DNA of 64,000 bases from Camelus ferus (lineage: Eukaryota), in contig NC_045697.1 in the NCBI RefSeq assembly GCF_009834535.1, forward strand, positions 25,050,001 through 25,114,000, read 5' to 3'. Made by a program: the position numbers and the translations under genes. Of the stretch, positions 40,111-54,284 are shown one piece after another (position 1 is the first letter of the stretch; every line of letters begins with the position of its first letter). A model generated the notes under the pieces. It was not told where the DNA came from. It did not search any database and saw only the letters and a list, made by a program, of their open reading frames with translations.

Positions 40111-40929
40111 ATTGTAACAAAGAATTTAGGTTTCATATTCATGCCAAACCCATTTTAATATACTTGATGCTTGTACCATTGTTTGGAAAAAAATTCTGAA
40201 ACTATGTCCAGACACAGTAGAAGTCTCCTCATTCTCTCTGAGTTTTGGAGGAAAAAGTGGTGAAACATGAGTTCAGTGTATGCAATCTCTGGACAAGATT
40301 TTGTTTCCATCTCTATATTTTTATGAGACATTTATGAGTCTTTATATGAATTTTAGACAATTCCAATTTCATATAACCAAATAAAGAACTACATACTGCA
40401 TAAGAGAAAATCTTTTTAAAACTGAAGAGTACCAGGACATCATCTGTCACCAAGGTTACAAGAGATTACAAACACAATTGCCCCTAGCAACAGACTACCA
40501 TGTACCTAAGGAAAACTTCCTACTATGGTGCAATTTTATTTCTCAAAAATTCATCATAAAGGAAGATAAGACAAACTGCCCCATTTGTGAATAATGAAAG
40601 TAAGACGGACAGTCTTTTCAGCCTGTCCCAGTTTATTATCAATTATCTAACTCTTTCTTTTTTAAATGTATGTAAAAATCATCTGTGAAAAGATAGGAGA
40701 TAGAACTACAGGATTGTCATTTATTGAATACATGAAAGTGCCTCCTCAACTTTTCTGAAATATGCAATGCAATATATAAAACCATGACACACATGACAAA
40801 AATAAGGCTCATCTGAATAGTATTCTAAGAATTAACAAGTATGTACAACCTGAACACCTGGATCTAAAATGAAATTGCCAGTCTACATAAACACGGTGCA
40901 AGTGTGACAGATTTTATTACAATGCAATG

Positions 40930-41050
40930 ACTTTTTTCTTATTCAATCCACAACATGAAAAGAGAGCCATGTGTGCAATTTTGTGTGATAATATAGTTTA
41001 TTTCTATATGCAAGCTATAAATACAGAGAAACTCTGATTTCACTCTACAA
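40930..41050 (-). pseudogene. Possible pseudo-exon, spectrin helix A
   Basis: GSLFMLWIE*EK vs ASLQAWLEDAEK; positional support. Confidence 0.3.
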
Positions 41051-41364
41051 GAAGGAATGAAGTTCTGAGTCAGGTTTGTGTAGGAATATATGTATCTTTT
41101 TTCTCTTTGACTCCTGTCTTTTCTTGGCTCTTTTTTTTCCCTTTAAGCATCCTTGCTGTTACTCTGCGGCTCAGGCTATTTCCATTCCATGTCAATGTGT
41201 GCTGGGTTATGCTTTTCTACGTAAGAGTTTCCTGGTATCTAATTTATACTAATACTTTTGTTTATTTTTGTTTCTTATCCCTCAAATAGCTTCGTAATTT
41301 CACTTTCTAGCATTCGTTATCTTTGCCTTGTCTTATTTTACAAAAGTTAGCCAGATCATGTTGT

Positions 41365-41443
41365 ATTGCAGTATTTACTGAGAAAAAAATCCATGGAAAG
41401 TAGATCCCTGAAGTTCAAACCCCTGTTGTGCAAGGGTCAACTG
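41365..41443. mobile_element. Tigger2/MER8-like terminal fragment
   Basis: agttcaaacccctgttgtgcaagggtcaactg followed by TA. Confidence 0.7.
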
Positions 41444-43651
41444 TATTTCTACTGGAGCTTGAGTTCCAAGTCCCAAAATGAACTTGAGAATACTATCCTG
41501 AATTACGTCTCAGGTGCCATTTGCTTGAAGTGATTTGACTTAAACAGCCAGCTTATACCCCAACACTAATCCAAATCTTACCTCTCTTTGAAACCATACC
41601 ATCCAGGGCTGGGAAGCAGAACAACTCAAAGGGAAACAGAGGTAAGAGGACACCTGCCATAGTGCCTATGAAAGGAGGGCTCTCGTGTGCACATCCAGGG
41701 ACATCGCAACAAGGTAAGGCACAGCAGCCCCCAAACCTGTTTTTACTTTTCCATCTATTAGAAGGAAAGAGAAAAACCTTAAAGGGAAAAGAATAATGGC
41801 TCAATATTTCATGAAAAGGCAGACTGGGACTTTAATAGTTGAAAACAAGAGATTCAGAAGAAAGCAGAAGGAATAAAGAGAAAGATCCTATCTCCCATAT
41901 GAGAAAATAAATGGTCCTGTCTCACACTTAGAACTCTAAAAGAGCAGGAGATCACCAAAGAGAGATGAAATAAAATTTTACGTGCTGTGACTTTTAACCT
42001 TTAACCTATTTCAAAGTTTAACCCACAAGACCTTTTTCTGGTGTGCATTTTGGTAATTTGATCAATAAAGTTAGGCTTTTCCTCACCCAGTGGCATGGAA
42101 TAAGAAAGTAGAAGAGACTTTGACATCCTCACTTCCAAAACATCTTATTTCCCATTTCCAGTTACTTTAAAACTACTGCTGGTGGTGATGGGGTGGGAAG
42201 GATGGAGGGTTATATTAATTATGAAATTAATGATATAAAAATAATTTGATAACATGAATATAAATTATAAAATTATTTATGATAAATGTGCTAAATAAAT
42301 ATGCATTAATACAACAAATACATACTTATATAAATACCTGATAAAGTTATCAACTATAAATGATATAAATGTATTGCATGAACATAAAAGTTACAAAATA
42401 ATATTAGTTACAAAAGAATACACATATAAAATAAGCTTCAGAAGATAAGTTTAGTTTAAGACATTTAATATATCATGTAAAATATAGGATGCTCAGAAAT
42501 AATTGAAAGAATAAAAACCTAAGGGGAAAAAAGGTATTACTTTGCCCAAATACTTATCTTTCATGAAGGTAGAGGTCTACTTTTTGGTCAAACTATCAAA
42601 CAATAACTACCTTCATCAAACTATACAGTTCTAAATATTATTGTATCTTCTCAGGACAAGGTGAAACAATAAAGAAAATTGTAAGATTTTAAAGTGCTTT
42701 TAGTGGTGAAAAATCTGGGTGAACCTCCTTTGAGATTTTTATGAAAGGTAATTAGCCAGATGAATCTATGCAAGTTTTGGGGAGCAGAGCACACACCCAC
42801 CAATGGTAAAGGGAGATGAAAGAAATGTAAGGTCAACCAATAAAGAGATCCTTTGTAGATAATAAGCACTTGTTCTAAATCCCAGTTGTTTTTATTTACA
42901 TAATGCTTTTCTTGTTGCTACATGGTCTGTCCTCAGAAGCCAAACTGAGTGTCTAGAATTTCTAATGGTAATATTTCCCTTTAGAAAATAAAGTGACTTT
43001 GAATTAAATACATTTCTCTCTTTTCTTCTGAAAAAAAAAAAAAGGAAAATACTTGGGCTGTTAACTATGATTCTCAAGACAGTCCCATTGCAATCTGTGT
43101 GCATCATTTTCAGAATCACATTACACAAATGGAACATGTAGTGTTTACAAAGTTCCTAGAAAAACATGTATAAAATATTTCCCTAGGGTTTGTGAGAAAT
43201 AATGCATCTACAAAAGCACAAAGAGGTCCCAGAACACTGAAACTTCTTTATGTAGCACAATATCTACTTTAAAATAAGTTGAAATAAATTAAACTACATC
43301 AAAGAGGTTTATAAGAAGTCAAAATAGAAAAAAAAAACATGAAAAATACAAACTCCAATATAAGTAATTTTAAGTCATGAAATATTCAAATATTTCTGTA
43401 GATATATAATAAAATCTGAGAATAAACCTACAAAATACTAAAAATAAAATTATTTTTATTTATTAGTTAAAATATTGTCCAACTTTTAAATATTGGAGAC
43501 CATTATGAAAAATTTTGAACTATAAATTTATAAGAATATTTATGTATATATATAAATACATAGTGTGTACACATGCATATATGGATTCAGAATGCTTCCA
43601 AGCAAAGGCACACATAATCGTTTCAGTTTTGTTCTACTTATTGGAAGTAAG

Positions 43652-43788
43652 ATATTACATAAAGCCAGCACACACTCAAAAGGAGGGAATTACATTTCCA
43701 CATTTTAAAATAAGAAATATTAAATAATATTAAAATAAGAAATATTAAATAATATTACATAAAGCCAGCACACACTCAAAAGGAGGGA
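43652..43788. repeat. Perfect 37-bp direct repeat bracketing a perfect 25-bp tandem duplication
   Basis: 43652-43688 = 43752-43788; 43705-43729 = 43730-43754. Confidence 0.95.
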
Positions 43789-44119
43789 GGGAGGGAGGGA
43801 GGGAAGCAGGGAAGGAGTGGGGAGAACAGAGAGAGGCAGAGAGAGACACAGCAAGTACAGGAGGTGATGTAGGTAAATATCTAACACACATTGCAATTTA
43901 GAAAACTACACTATTTTCTGAAAGAAATGTGATAAATCCTGGAGAAAATTAAACACTTTTTTTAAATAATTCTATTTCATTTTTAAAGCACCAATATATA
44001 AAGACATATATATATAAGATGACTGATAGAGCATTTTATGCAGGGAAGATATTGGCAACAACCATAATTCATTTATTCAGAAATTGTATGACAAAGGAAA
44101 AAGAAATGAGACTAGGTAA

Positions 44120-45330
44120 TGTAAGATAACTTCTGATGATTACATTTAAGAATTATCAGGGCAGACCTCTCTGGTTAGGTGATATTTAAGCTAAAAGCTA
44201 AGTGAAATGACAGATCAAGCATGCAAATATCTACATAAGGATTACTTCAGCTAAATGAAAAGTCCAAATACCCAAAGGCTAGAATATGTTTGATGTCTTC
44301 AAAGAAGCACAAGTAGAGAGGTGGAAATGGAAAGGAGGAAATGTCAATGAAAACGGTATAAAATGAAATCTGAGGAATAATGGTATGTGTATTGGGGAGG
44401 TGCAGGGCAGGAAGTCACACATAATGTAGGGACAAGGTCCAAAGGAGTGAAAGAAAAGGAAATCTGGGTGAAATGGGGAACCTCTTAAGAATTTTGAGCA
44501 CACGTACGATGATGTGACCTGATTAATATCTTCAAGGATCACTGCTGCTGTATAGAGATTTGAGGAGACCAAGAGAGAAGCAGGGAGAATAGCTGGAGTA
44601 CTACCGCCACATTCCAGATGAAAAATGATGTTGTCTTCGATTAGGAAGTGGTTAAAAACTGGCTGTATTCTGGATAGGTTTCTAGGTTAAGAGCAGAATT
44701 TGTTAAAACATTGTTGCAGGATATGAAAGAAAGTGGAAATTCAAGTAAGACTTAAGGGATTTTGGCCTGACAGCTTAAAAGAATAGAGCTGCCATTCACT
44801 GAAGTGTGGAATATAAGGGGGAAATTACTGGAAAGTCAAAATTTCTATTTGGGGCACATTAACTATAAGGTGCTTATTACATACAAACTTGGAGAGATCG
44901 GTAGACAAATTCAGATACATAGGTCTGTAGTTTAAAGGAGAGTTTCAGCCTGGATTAAAAAAATTTGGAGTTGTCATAAAATAGTGGGTCTTAAAAACTA
45001 AATGAACTAGATGGACTAGATGAAATAAGAGAATGGGTGTATATAAAAGTCTTTGGGGCTTGGTTCAAAACCTATGGCTAGAGCAGATGAGGAACTACGT
45101 ATAAACTGTTCACTGCAACAGTTAAGTAGGACACCAAGAGACAGTGGTAGTCTAGGGGCCAAAAAATAGCTGTTGCAGTAAGGACAGACAAGACTTAGTC
45201 AAATGTTACATATAGTTTGAGAATGATGTTGACAATTCAACATTGGCTTTTCTGGTATGGTGGCAGCCAAAGTATTACTGGAGTATGTGCATGAGAGAAA
45301 GGAAGGAAACTGAATGGAGATGACACTGTT
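44120..45330 (-). mobile_element. L2 fragment
   Basis: aggtgatatttaagct..aaggatcactgctgctg..gctgccattcactga..atttggagttgtca. Confidence 0.8.
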
Positions 45331-45353
45331 AAATATCTTAGGGAATAGACATG

Positions 45354-45391
45354 TTAGAAGTCCAATGCGCTATCCACTGCACAACAGAGCC
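45354..45391 (-). pseudogene. tRNA-Arg(UCU) 5'-half tailless retropseudogene
   Basis: Minus strand GGCTCTGTTGTGCAGTGGATAGCGCATTGGACTTCTAA; 19-bp TSD at 45341-45359 / 45396-45414 (3 mismatches). Confidence 0.9.
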
Positions 45392-45834
45392 ACCTGGGAA
45401 CAGACGTATTAGAATACTGTTTAGCTCTATCTTAAAGAGTGAAACCTGAGGAATAATGAAATAGTGTGATTTTTTGAGAAAAGTTTAAGTAAACTGTTTA
45501 AGCGAAAAAAGTGTAGAGTTTTGCAAATTGTTTCATCCCATCTGGCTGAACGAAATGTAAGAAAACTTTTTAAAACACATACATATTTATATTTGTGTTT
45601 ATTTGCATGCTGAGAGAGAGGACAGTTTAAAGTTCATGTACCAAACTTTTAACATTTGTCATCTCAGGGTAGGGGTGGAAGGACAGGAGAAAAGAGGAGG
45701 TAACTGACTTTAATTTACTTTCATATTTTCTGGCTGATTTTATGGAATATGCATGGCTTTTGCAACTCCAAAGAAAATCTAATAGATAAATGTACAGATA
45801 AAATAGACTAGGAGATCTTTTGTTTGTGCAATCC

Positions 45835-45935
45835 TTCATTCAGTCCACAGATATTTAGTCAGCCAGCAACTATATAGGGACATAGCTGTGAACAAGACAA
45901 TGCAGTTCCTGTCTTCAAAGAGTCTACATTCTAGA
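45835..45935 (-). mobile_element. L2 3' end
   Basis: ttcattcagtccacagatatt..gctgtgaacaagaca..cctgtcttcaaagagtctacattctag. Confidence 0.7.
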
Positions 45936-45936
45936 G

Positions 45937-46095
45937 CAGTTATCCTCAACCCTGGGTGCATGTTAAAACTGAACAATGTGGTTGCATGGGCCCTACCACA
46001 CAGTAACTGAAATGAACCCTTGAGGTCGAAGTCTGGGCAGCTGTAGGTTTAAAGGTCACTAAGGAATTATTTTGCACTGAGAGTTTAGTATTGCT
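45937..46095. mobile_element. MER5-like hAT element
   Basis: cagttatcctcaaccctgggtgcatgttaaaa.. Confidence 0.55.
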
Positions 46096-46279
46096 CCTCG
46101 AGGAAATGGTTAAGGTTTAGTGAATATACCTTATCTGTAAAAACAATATTTTGGAGACAACTAGCATGCTCTCACAACCTTACTCCACTTAACCCAGATA
46201 AGTGAATACCAAAACTTCAGTGCTTTTCTTTAACTCGTTCTTGCTGGAATTAATATATTTTTAAATAACAATAATACAT

Positions 46280-46410
46280 CTTTCATTGTGGTAAAATATA
46301 TATAAAACTCACCATTCTATTTTTAGGTGTACAATCAATAATCAGTATGTTTGTAACCGAAGTAGTAGTTTGTGGACTACCAGCAACTACAACCCTATAC
46401 TACTTTCTGT
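46280..46410 (-). mobile_element. L1M 3'-end fragment
   Basis: ttcattgtggtaaaatatatataaaactcaccatt..tgtacaat. Confidence 0.55.
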
Positions 46411-46817
46411 GTGCGGTAATGACATCTAACAAAAAATTAGCCTCCAAATAATTTCATTGCTCAAGTTTTTTTTGGTGGTGGGGGGAGACTATTTGTATCT
46501 TGCTCTCTGTTCATTAATAAAAAAATTGTATAAAAATATTCCCTTACTATAGATTATATCAGTTTAAACCACAGAAGCATAGCCCCTTTAGATTTTGATA
46601 AAGTACCTTGGTAATAAAATGAGCACTACTTTACAAAAATCATAGACCAAGCACTCATTCATCTCTCAGGTCTTCTACTTGGAAGGGTCCATAGGCTTAT
46701 CTCACTATCCTGTCTGGGTTTATTTATTTATATTTTTATAAATAAGCACATTTAAATCTAGAGAGATAAGGCGAACCAGCGAAGCCTTAGCTATATTAAC
46801 AGAACCAAGACTAATAC

Positions 46818-47432
46818 CTAGGTTTGTGTGTCCTGTGGTCTTCCCTCTACTGATAAAAATTTCTCTTTACACTTCAGCAAATCAACGAATTAGAGAATTT
46901 CAGAATGCTATTTGTTCATTTTTCACCCATTCTGTCATTGTCTCCTTTTCTCTACTTGCTTTCTCTTTTGGCTTCTCATTTTGTTTTCTCTTCCTCTCTT
47001 CTTTCCTGGCTAAGTTGTGATGCTATATTTGCGTTTCTTCAATTTATTTTCAAAGCAAGACTACCTCTGGCTGCCAGCCAACCTTTACTCTCTGTGAAGA
47101 AGACAAGTGCTATTTGTTATGTGCAATGCTGCTGTTTTCTGTTCTTGGAAAAGTCAAACAGAGAAGTATATTCAGCCAGCATTTTTTCCAGCTCATTTGA
47201 ACAGAGATATTTCTTCCTCGGATTTCCTTCAGAAACTGACTTAAAGCAAGCTCAGCCTCTGGCACTCAACTGGACTTTGAAAGCTGTGATTGGGTCTGGC
47301 TTTTCAGTTCAGACATGTAACAATTTAATCTGCTGACCTTTTGCCTTCCTTCCTCATTTTCTAAAAACATTTAACCATGGGCAGCCATTTTATCTTCAAG
47401 AGTGTTCCGTCCCCTGAGGCATGTTATCTTCA
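46818..47432 (-). pseudogene. Large pseudo-exon, spectrin rod
   Basis: attcag| ... TAG|gtatt; NELEKMLAEYTSLFDFSKNRKQQHCT*QI aligns ungapped to ESVEQLLQNYVSFIENSKFFEQYEVTYQI; later EKETMTEWVKNEQIAF*N vs EAENVMKFMNETTAQWRN. Confidence 0.7.
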
Positions 47433-49357
47433 CTGAATACATCCAAACAAAATCAAATGAATATGATCAAATAATGGTTAAAGAATCTAGGGAGAGATTA
47501 CTGACAAATTAATTTTTTTGGAAAATGTTAGTTATAATTAAAGGCCACATCCTGATAGCCACTGACTTTACATAGTAATTTAATGAAAAAAGAGTGTTTT
47601 TGCTTTTTAAGCTTGTTGTTTTGAATAACTAACAATGAAAGTGGTACTCATAACCTCCTGTGAAACAAGGATATAAAATTGGAATAAAAAATACTACTAC
47701 TACTACTACTGAAAACAGAGTCATAGACTTCTTTCTAAACGGCCTGCTTTAATACATAAGCTATATATATCTTTACATATGTATATCTACATATATATAT
47801 ATGTATATTTTTCAGTTAAGAAAGCATTAATTCATGCTTCTCCCCCTAAATAGTTTCACATAGATGAGTGTTTTCTCTAAACGCCATTCACCTAAATTTT
47901 ATAACTCTACATCATCATTTATGTGTGCTCAGCACATCTGAGCTACATTTTTATTGTCTCCTGAGTAAGAGTTTGTGTTCCTGCCTCCTAGCCACATTTT
48001 GAGATCTAGAGTTCTTTGAGATGGCTAAGAGTATTCCCTGATACAAATTATTTTAAAATTAAATTTAAAATTCTGTTCTTCTGATTTTTTTGTTTTATTC
48101 TGTATCTTTTTAGATATGAAAGTAATCATATTTTTCTAGCTTTTCACATAATGATGTGTTGTTCCGATAGAGTCTTACATCTCTTCCAACATGACTTTAA
48201 AAAGGATGGTTGTATGAATCTTCATTTTTATGTATTTAAAGAGGTCAACCCTAAGTTAAATTAGTTGGATTAAAATGCTGGATGTTTCCATACAGACGAT
48301 TTGATTTTCCAAAACCTAAGGCATAAATTAAACCAGAATGTTAGCCTACCTTTGAGCATAAGTGAGCTATAATTGAATATATAATCCCTAATTCAATTTT
48401 CACCTGGGTGTTTTGGACTCAAATCTATTTTCTAGCTGCACTTGATAAGTACATTGGAGAGGATTTGGAAACAGAATCAAAGTCAAGTGCGAATTCTTTC
48501 TGGAAAATGAACATCATATTTCCATAATTAACTTGATTGTTTACAAAAATTTATATGTACATAGCATAGTTTCCGGAGCCTTTGAAATTTTGAGCCTGTG
48601 TAAGAAGGTAGGCAAATGACTAGAAAAGTAGGGTGTTAATAGAAATCTTTTTTTTGAAAATCATCTACAAACTGACCCTGTTTTTTTCTATATTACTTTA
48701 ACTTTTTCACTCAAATGTACAGATTCGGTATTAAGTTTTAGGGGGTGTGTGTGTGTGTACATATGTATTTTTTCAATCTGGTTGCCAAGATACCAAAATA
48801 ATCTCTTATGGGATTTGTGTCTAAAACTTAAAGATTTAAACAAATGGATAAATGGATAAATTCAAGTCAGGCATCTGCCCACATAAATTTCTTCAATACA
48901 CTTAAGCATAAAAATGTCACATTTTGTTATATTTATAAACCAAATTTGATCTTGTTCAACTACTACCTGCTAGAATTAATAGGATATATAATCTCATCAT
49001 TAGTGGTAAGAGGTTCTTTTTTCTTTTTGAGGAATTAAAAAAAAAGAAAAGAAAAGAAAGAGAAAAAAAAAAAAGGAATAAGCAAACCAAGAGAACTGGG
49101 TAAAGAATTCTGATTTTCATTTTACTGTGAAGACAATTTTAAGACAAAGACCAAGACTGTCTTTCCTGAAATATAATTTAATTGGACCTTTGTCTCCCCA
49201 AAATCCTATCACCATCCAAAAACCAATAAAAACATCTTTTTGTTTGATTGTTTACTATATAAAATCAGTTTCAAGAAAATTAATTCTTTTAACTCTTCAA
49301 TTTGCTCACCAGTGGTAAACATCTTCCAAAGAGAAACTAAAATGTTGCTATTCTTAC

Positions 49358-49639
49358 CTGAATTTTTATGGTCTACCTGGAATTCTGCCCATGACAATTA
49401 TGACCTCCATGCCAAATCACTGAACAATTACTACAGTTTTTAAGACTACAGTGTTTAAAGAACATTTGCTCACACTGGAGAACTTGAGGACGTTCTGTGG
49501 GAGGGACCAAAGGATTCGGACATTCTTGCAATGTGATATCCCTCCATTCATCCAATTTTGAGACTAAAACTCTCTTGTCACTTTAGGACAGTGAATTCAC
49601 CTTGACTTTGCCCAGACTCTGTTATCAAGAATTGAGCCT
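49358..49639 (-). pseudogene. Pseudo-exon, spectrin rod
   Basis: cttag| ... CAG|gtaaga; VLVSKLDEWRDITLQECPNPL vs RVTSRLFDWHIQLDKSLPAPL. Confidence 0.65.
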
Positions 49640-51914
49640 CTAAGTTGTTAAATAAACAAACAAGCTAATGAAAGACCAAGAAACTTCTTCAGAGGAAAAT
49701 AAGATGGTTCTATGAACACAGTTTTTTTGCCCAAGGAGAGTGGTTATTAAACTCAACAGAGTGCAAGCTACACAGAAAGTCCTCTTTCCCTATTATTTCT
49801 TGTGATGTTTCTTTAGACTTGAGGAAAAGGCTTACTCTAAAAAAGAAACAGATCTTATAAGAAATCTAAATCACTGAGCTACAATTCTCTTCCTTCCAGT
49901 GGTGAGAATAGAAGGTTTCTTATACATTTCAATGTACTGAATAGAAGATAAACTATGCCAAGACCATTAACTTGAGCAGAAGGAGATGGTACTACAGTGG
50001 CACAGAAAACCTATAATTCCTAACAAATGGTCATTTATATTTACTTTTTATTGGCCATAATTAAAAAGAAATAGAGATATGGATATCTGCTTATATATTT
50101 TTCAAAGTTGTTTATTTTGTACAAATTAAATTATACTATTGCATTAGAAAATTTAAAAATACTAAAATATAATTATTCCTCAGCAAATTCACCTGTAGGT
50201 CTTGTGGTAAATGATCTGGCCTAGAGTCATTTGAGGAAATACACAAGAAAATAAATTTTAATTTAAAAACCTACCTCACTTTTGATCAAAGTTTCAAATA
50301 TAACTATTCACACTTACTAACTGAACTTGGACTTAAATTAGTTTCTCTGTTTAAAAATCAAACAAAACATTCTCAAATATATCTTCAAAAATCAGTATTT
50401 CTAAAAATGAGAATATTCTAAAAATTTAACTCATATTAATTAAACACAGTATCTAAGAAAATCCCACAACATTTCAGATACTTTGTAGATAATTTGGGGA
50501 GATTTATTTTTCCAAATAAGGAAAATCAGCATTGTGTTGAAAATTTGCAGCCCTTGCTGCATTTACTTATCTAACACATTTGGATTCATCATTCATCTAT
50601 AGGTAATGGAAGTTACATTAAGGCTATTTCTATACAGTAAAAAATGTCAGACAAAAACAATTTCAATGACTTAAATTTCACATGTTTTAGAAAATTGCTT
50701 ATATGACAATCAGCCATTTGAAGCAATAAAAGTCTCCAAAATCACTGGAAAATTGTTGTTTCTTACATGGCATTCATGCATTTCAGATTTATTGTGAACA
50801 TTTCAGGAGCAATTTTGCATTTTACTACTTATTTTTTGATGAGTTTTATTTTCAAAATATTAGATGAATACTAATTAAGCATTTTTCCTTGTATTACATT
50901 AAATACTTTTTTATTTTTTTGCCTCAACCACTATTTATTACATGGTATTCTGAATATTAATACTGTTAATTTGTTAACAATTAACAAATTGTTAAACAAT
51001 TCTTTATTGACGTATGGATTTGTAAGAAAATGTGCCTTTGCTGCTTTGATAATCTACATTTCTCAGCCCCTAGAACCTAATAGTAATCCTCAAATTAATA
51101 ATAGGAACTCAAATATACATTATGTATCTGAAGGGGTGTATTTACTATTTTTATTTGAACAAACTGAGAGATTAATGAGTTATGAAAAAGAAATGAAGTA
51201 TGTTAGCCTTGATTGGATCCTTTTTCTCTAAAAGACTTTATTGGAACAATCAGCAAAACTTGATTAGGTTTGAGTATTTGATGGTAATTTATCAATGTTA
51301 TTTATTATTTTTACTGGCCATTATGTAAGCAATTTATCTGCAAATGGGTGAGGAAAATAAAAAGTTACTTTTATAATTCTCGTAACTATCCTGGAGGCTT
51401 AACGCTATTTCAAAGTAAAAAGAAAACTGGCCAGGGAGTATAGAGTTAAATTTTAAAACTAACAGATTAGCATCCGTTACTTGCATTTATATATAGACCT
51501 ACTAAACAAAATTTTATTGTTAAATCCAATTTTTTACACGGTTAAATCAATGTTATAATGTTAAAGATATATTTTTAAATGCTCACAAAAGGTTTGATTC
51601 CTGTTAGGGTTAGGGTTATTTCTAAGAATCTTGAAAAGTAAGTACCCTGAATTATTTCATTTAATCCCATCAGAAATGAATAAGATCAATTTGAATGGCT
51701 GTATGACAGTGAATAGTAAAATAATATCATCCTAGAAAATCTCTTACTATGTGGCACTATTTTAAATACCATATATAATTAAATTATTTCATTATAATTA
51801 ATGAGAAAACTTTAAGGCCCAAAGCACTACTTAGAGGATCTCCAACCCCTGTAACAGTCCATGCTCTTTGAATTGGATCAAATACAGAAACAGAAGAGAG
51901 TAGGGAGCAGATCT

Positions 51915-52040
51915 TGACATCTACCAATTTCTTGTTCCTTTCAGTTCATACTTGAATCAGCTGAAAAAGTCCAAAAAGACTATTTGTGTTTCATCAACAT
52001 CTGCTCAGCATTCTTGAATTAAGTACCAAATTATAGGTAA
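51915..52040 (-). pseudogene. Pseudo-exon, first rod segment
   Basis: AEQMLMKHK*SFWTFS[fs]KYELK vs AQM..KYQSFKHFRVQYEMK. Confidence 0.5.
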
Positions 52041-52789
52041 CTGAGAAGTTTTAACCCTTTAATAGGCATATTATCTCCCTTTGTAAAATGACATAATAAA
52101 AATGTGTGTAAATCTATATTTATCTCATTTATTACCTTCTTTATAAGCATTATAATTAGATTAGTAGGTTAATGCAGAATTCATATTCGTTAAGGATAAG
52201 AAAACACTGCCTATCTTAGAAGTCTTTTGTTATTTAGCAAATTTTTCAGTAATGAAGAAAACAGGAATACTAATATCAAAAGCTTATATTTATTGTGATC
52301 TTATCTGTTAAATATAAAATTTCTTTCCAGCAAAAATCTTATGTGAAACATCCCATTCTTAATCCTGTTCGGGAGATCTGACTGCTGAGCTGGCAATCAA
52401 TCTTTATAGTTTGATATAAATATGAATATTAGATACTTTATTCCTAAATGAAATGTAATGCACTTTTACTTTAAAGAAATATTTTAGTGAATGTGAAATT
52501 ATATACACACACTCACACACAGGAGAAAGTGTCATTCTCTCACTTTGCAACAGATTACACTACATGCTTATCTGAACAGAGGCTCGCATTTAGCAGTCAA
52601 AATCGAACATGACTGTGCCCCTTTGCAAGTAACCACAATGCCTATCAGGACAGCAATACCTAGAAGAAATAACAGCGATATTCAACAGGTGTCGAGGGAC
52701 AGCAAGAGGAGCATAAGGGGATATTAGGTACAATCTGGTGGCTGACTGGAGTGCATCATGGGCATATGCGAGACTTATGCTAATTACCC

Positions 52790-53572
52790 CCAGAAATTCT
52801 CTGGAATCTTCCAAAGTGGGCATTTCCCCTGTACTCCAAACTTGCACCATCATCTATTTACTTGCTCTTCACACTTGTATTATTTAATAGTTATCTAAGC
52901 CTAACTTGTCCAAAACAGAGCACCTGATGTTTGTCAGCCCACCCTATCCAACACTGCTCCGTTTCTCTCATACTATACATTCAATCCAGAAACATCTAAT
53001 TTCAACATGTATCTGGAATCTGGCCACTTCTCACCTCCCTGTCCAAGCTCTCCTCTTCTTTCACTGGAGTACTGAATAGTTTCTTAACCGGTCTTAGTGC
53101 TTATTCTCTTACCTCTGCCTCTGCTTAACACAGAGATCATTTTCAAATGAAATTTCAATTGTATCACATCTTGCTGTCACCCTCCCATGACTCCATTTTA
53201 TTCAGTGAAAAATCATAGTCTTTATAATGGACTCTGAAGTACCACTACATCACTGGTCCCACCCACACACATTACCTCTGACCTTTCTGACCTTTATTTC
53301 CTCCTACACTTTGCTCAGTAGATAGGCATTAGTGTCATGACTATTTTTAAAAACCTTTTTCTGCCCTTTCCCCCACAGTCCCTATCTCCCTTAGCCCATT
53401 CTAAAGTTGTAGCATTTATGACTTCATAACATACTATAAAATTTAACCATTTATTGGCTATCTCCCCTTACCAGAACGTATGTTTCACAAGGGAAGAAAG
53501 CTTTACCTTATGTTTAACTGATACATATCCATCTCTTGCACTCAATAAGTATCTACTGAATGACTGAATAAC
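52790..53572 (+). mobile_element. L2 3' fragment
   Basis: ctaacttgtccaaaacaga..atctggaatctggccacttctcacc..gcactcaataagtatctactgaatgactgaat. Confidence 0.85.
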
Positions 53573-54284
53573 TAGATTAGAAGGCACTAGACATAAATTA
53601 TGAATAGAATCATTTCTAAGGTGCTTCAGAAAAATTTTGATGAGGAAATGACCAACTCAACTTTTCTCTCACTTTGTCCTAAGTTACCACAAAGAACAAA
53701 TAGTACATGTGAGTTAAGAAATTTTCTATCAGTATTTTTTTAACGCAAGTTCTTAGAACCAACAGAATCGTAAGCTCTTCCTTAAAAATAAATTAGGCAT
53801 TTTGGGTGGAACCATTACATATTTATATTGCATTTTTAATGTTTATAAATACAGATTGTTTTATAAAAATTATCCCTATCTTAGCATTATTATTAGCAAA
53901 GTTTTTTGAGGCTTAATTTATATTTGGTTGAATATCAGTGAACTTTACATATATATTAGATGAAATAAATGTATATAATATTCTTAATTTTATTTTTATT
54001 CTTAATTTTTATAGAACATGAATAATCATACATGACTATGCTTTCTAAGGCATAATAACAGAACCATATAAGATCTTCTATAAACTTTATGACATTTAAG
54101 TGTGAAGAAATGTCATCTTCATCTCTCTATAGCCAACATCCAGCATTATATTTGTGCATATTTAACATTTGAGGAACATATGAGGAAAAAAAATATAAGA
54201 CCAGCATGGTTTTCAATAATGAGGTAAATTAAACATAGCTATGTAAATTGGCACATAGAAAAAAAAAAACAAAACCCCTACCCA

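Noticed and set aside
46818..47432. Endogenous borna/filovirus nucleoprotein
   Set aside because: Only a vague resemblance; the ungapped nesprin-like match, splice borders and collinearity explain it better.
52540..52659. Alternative terminal CH2 exon (IAV..PD..IVVTC..AQ)
   Set aside because: Good acceptor but needs multiple deletions; 54285-54441 fits the spacing better. Not fully excluded.
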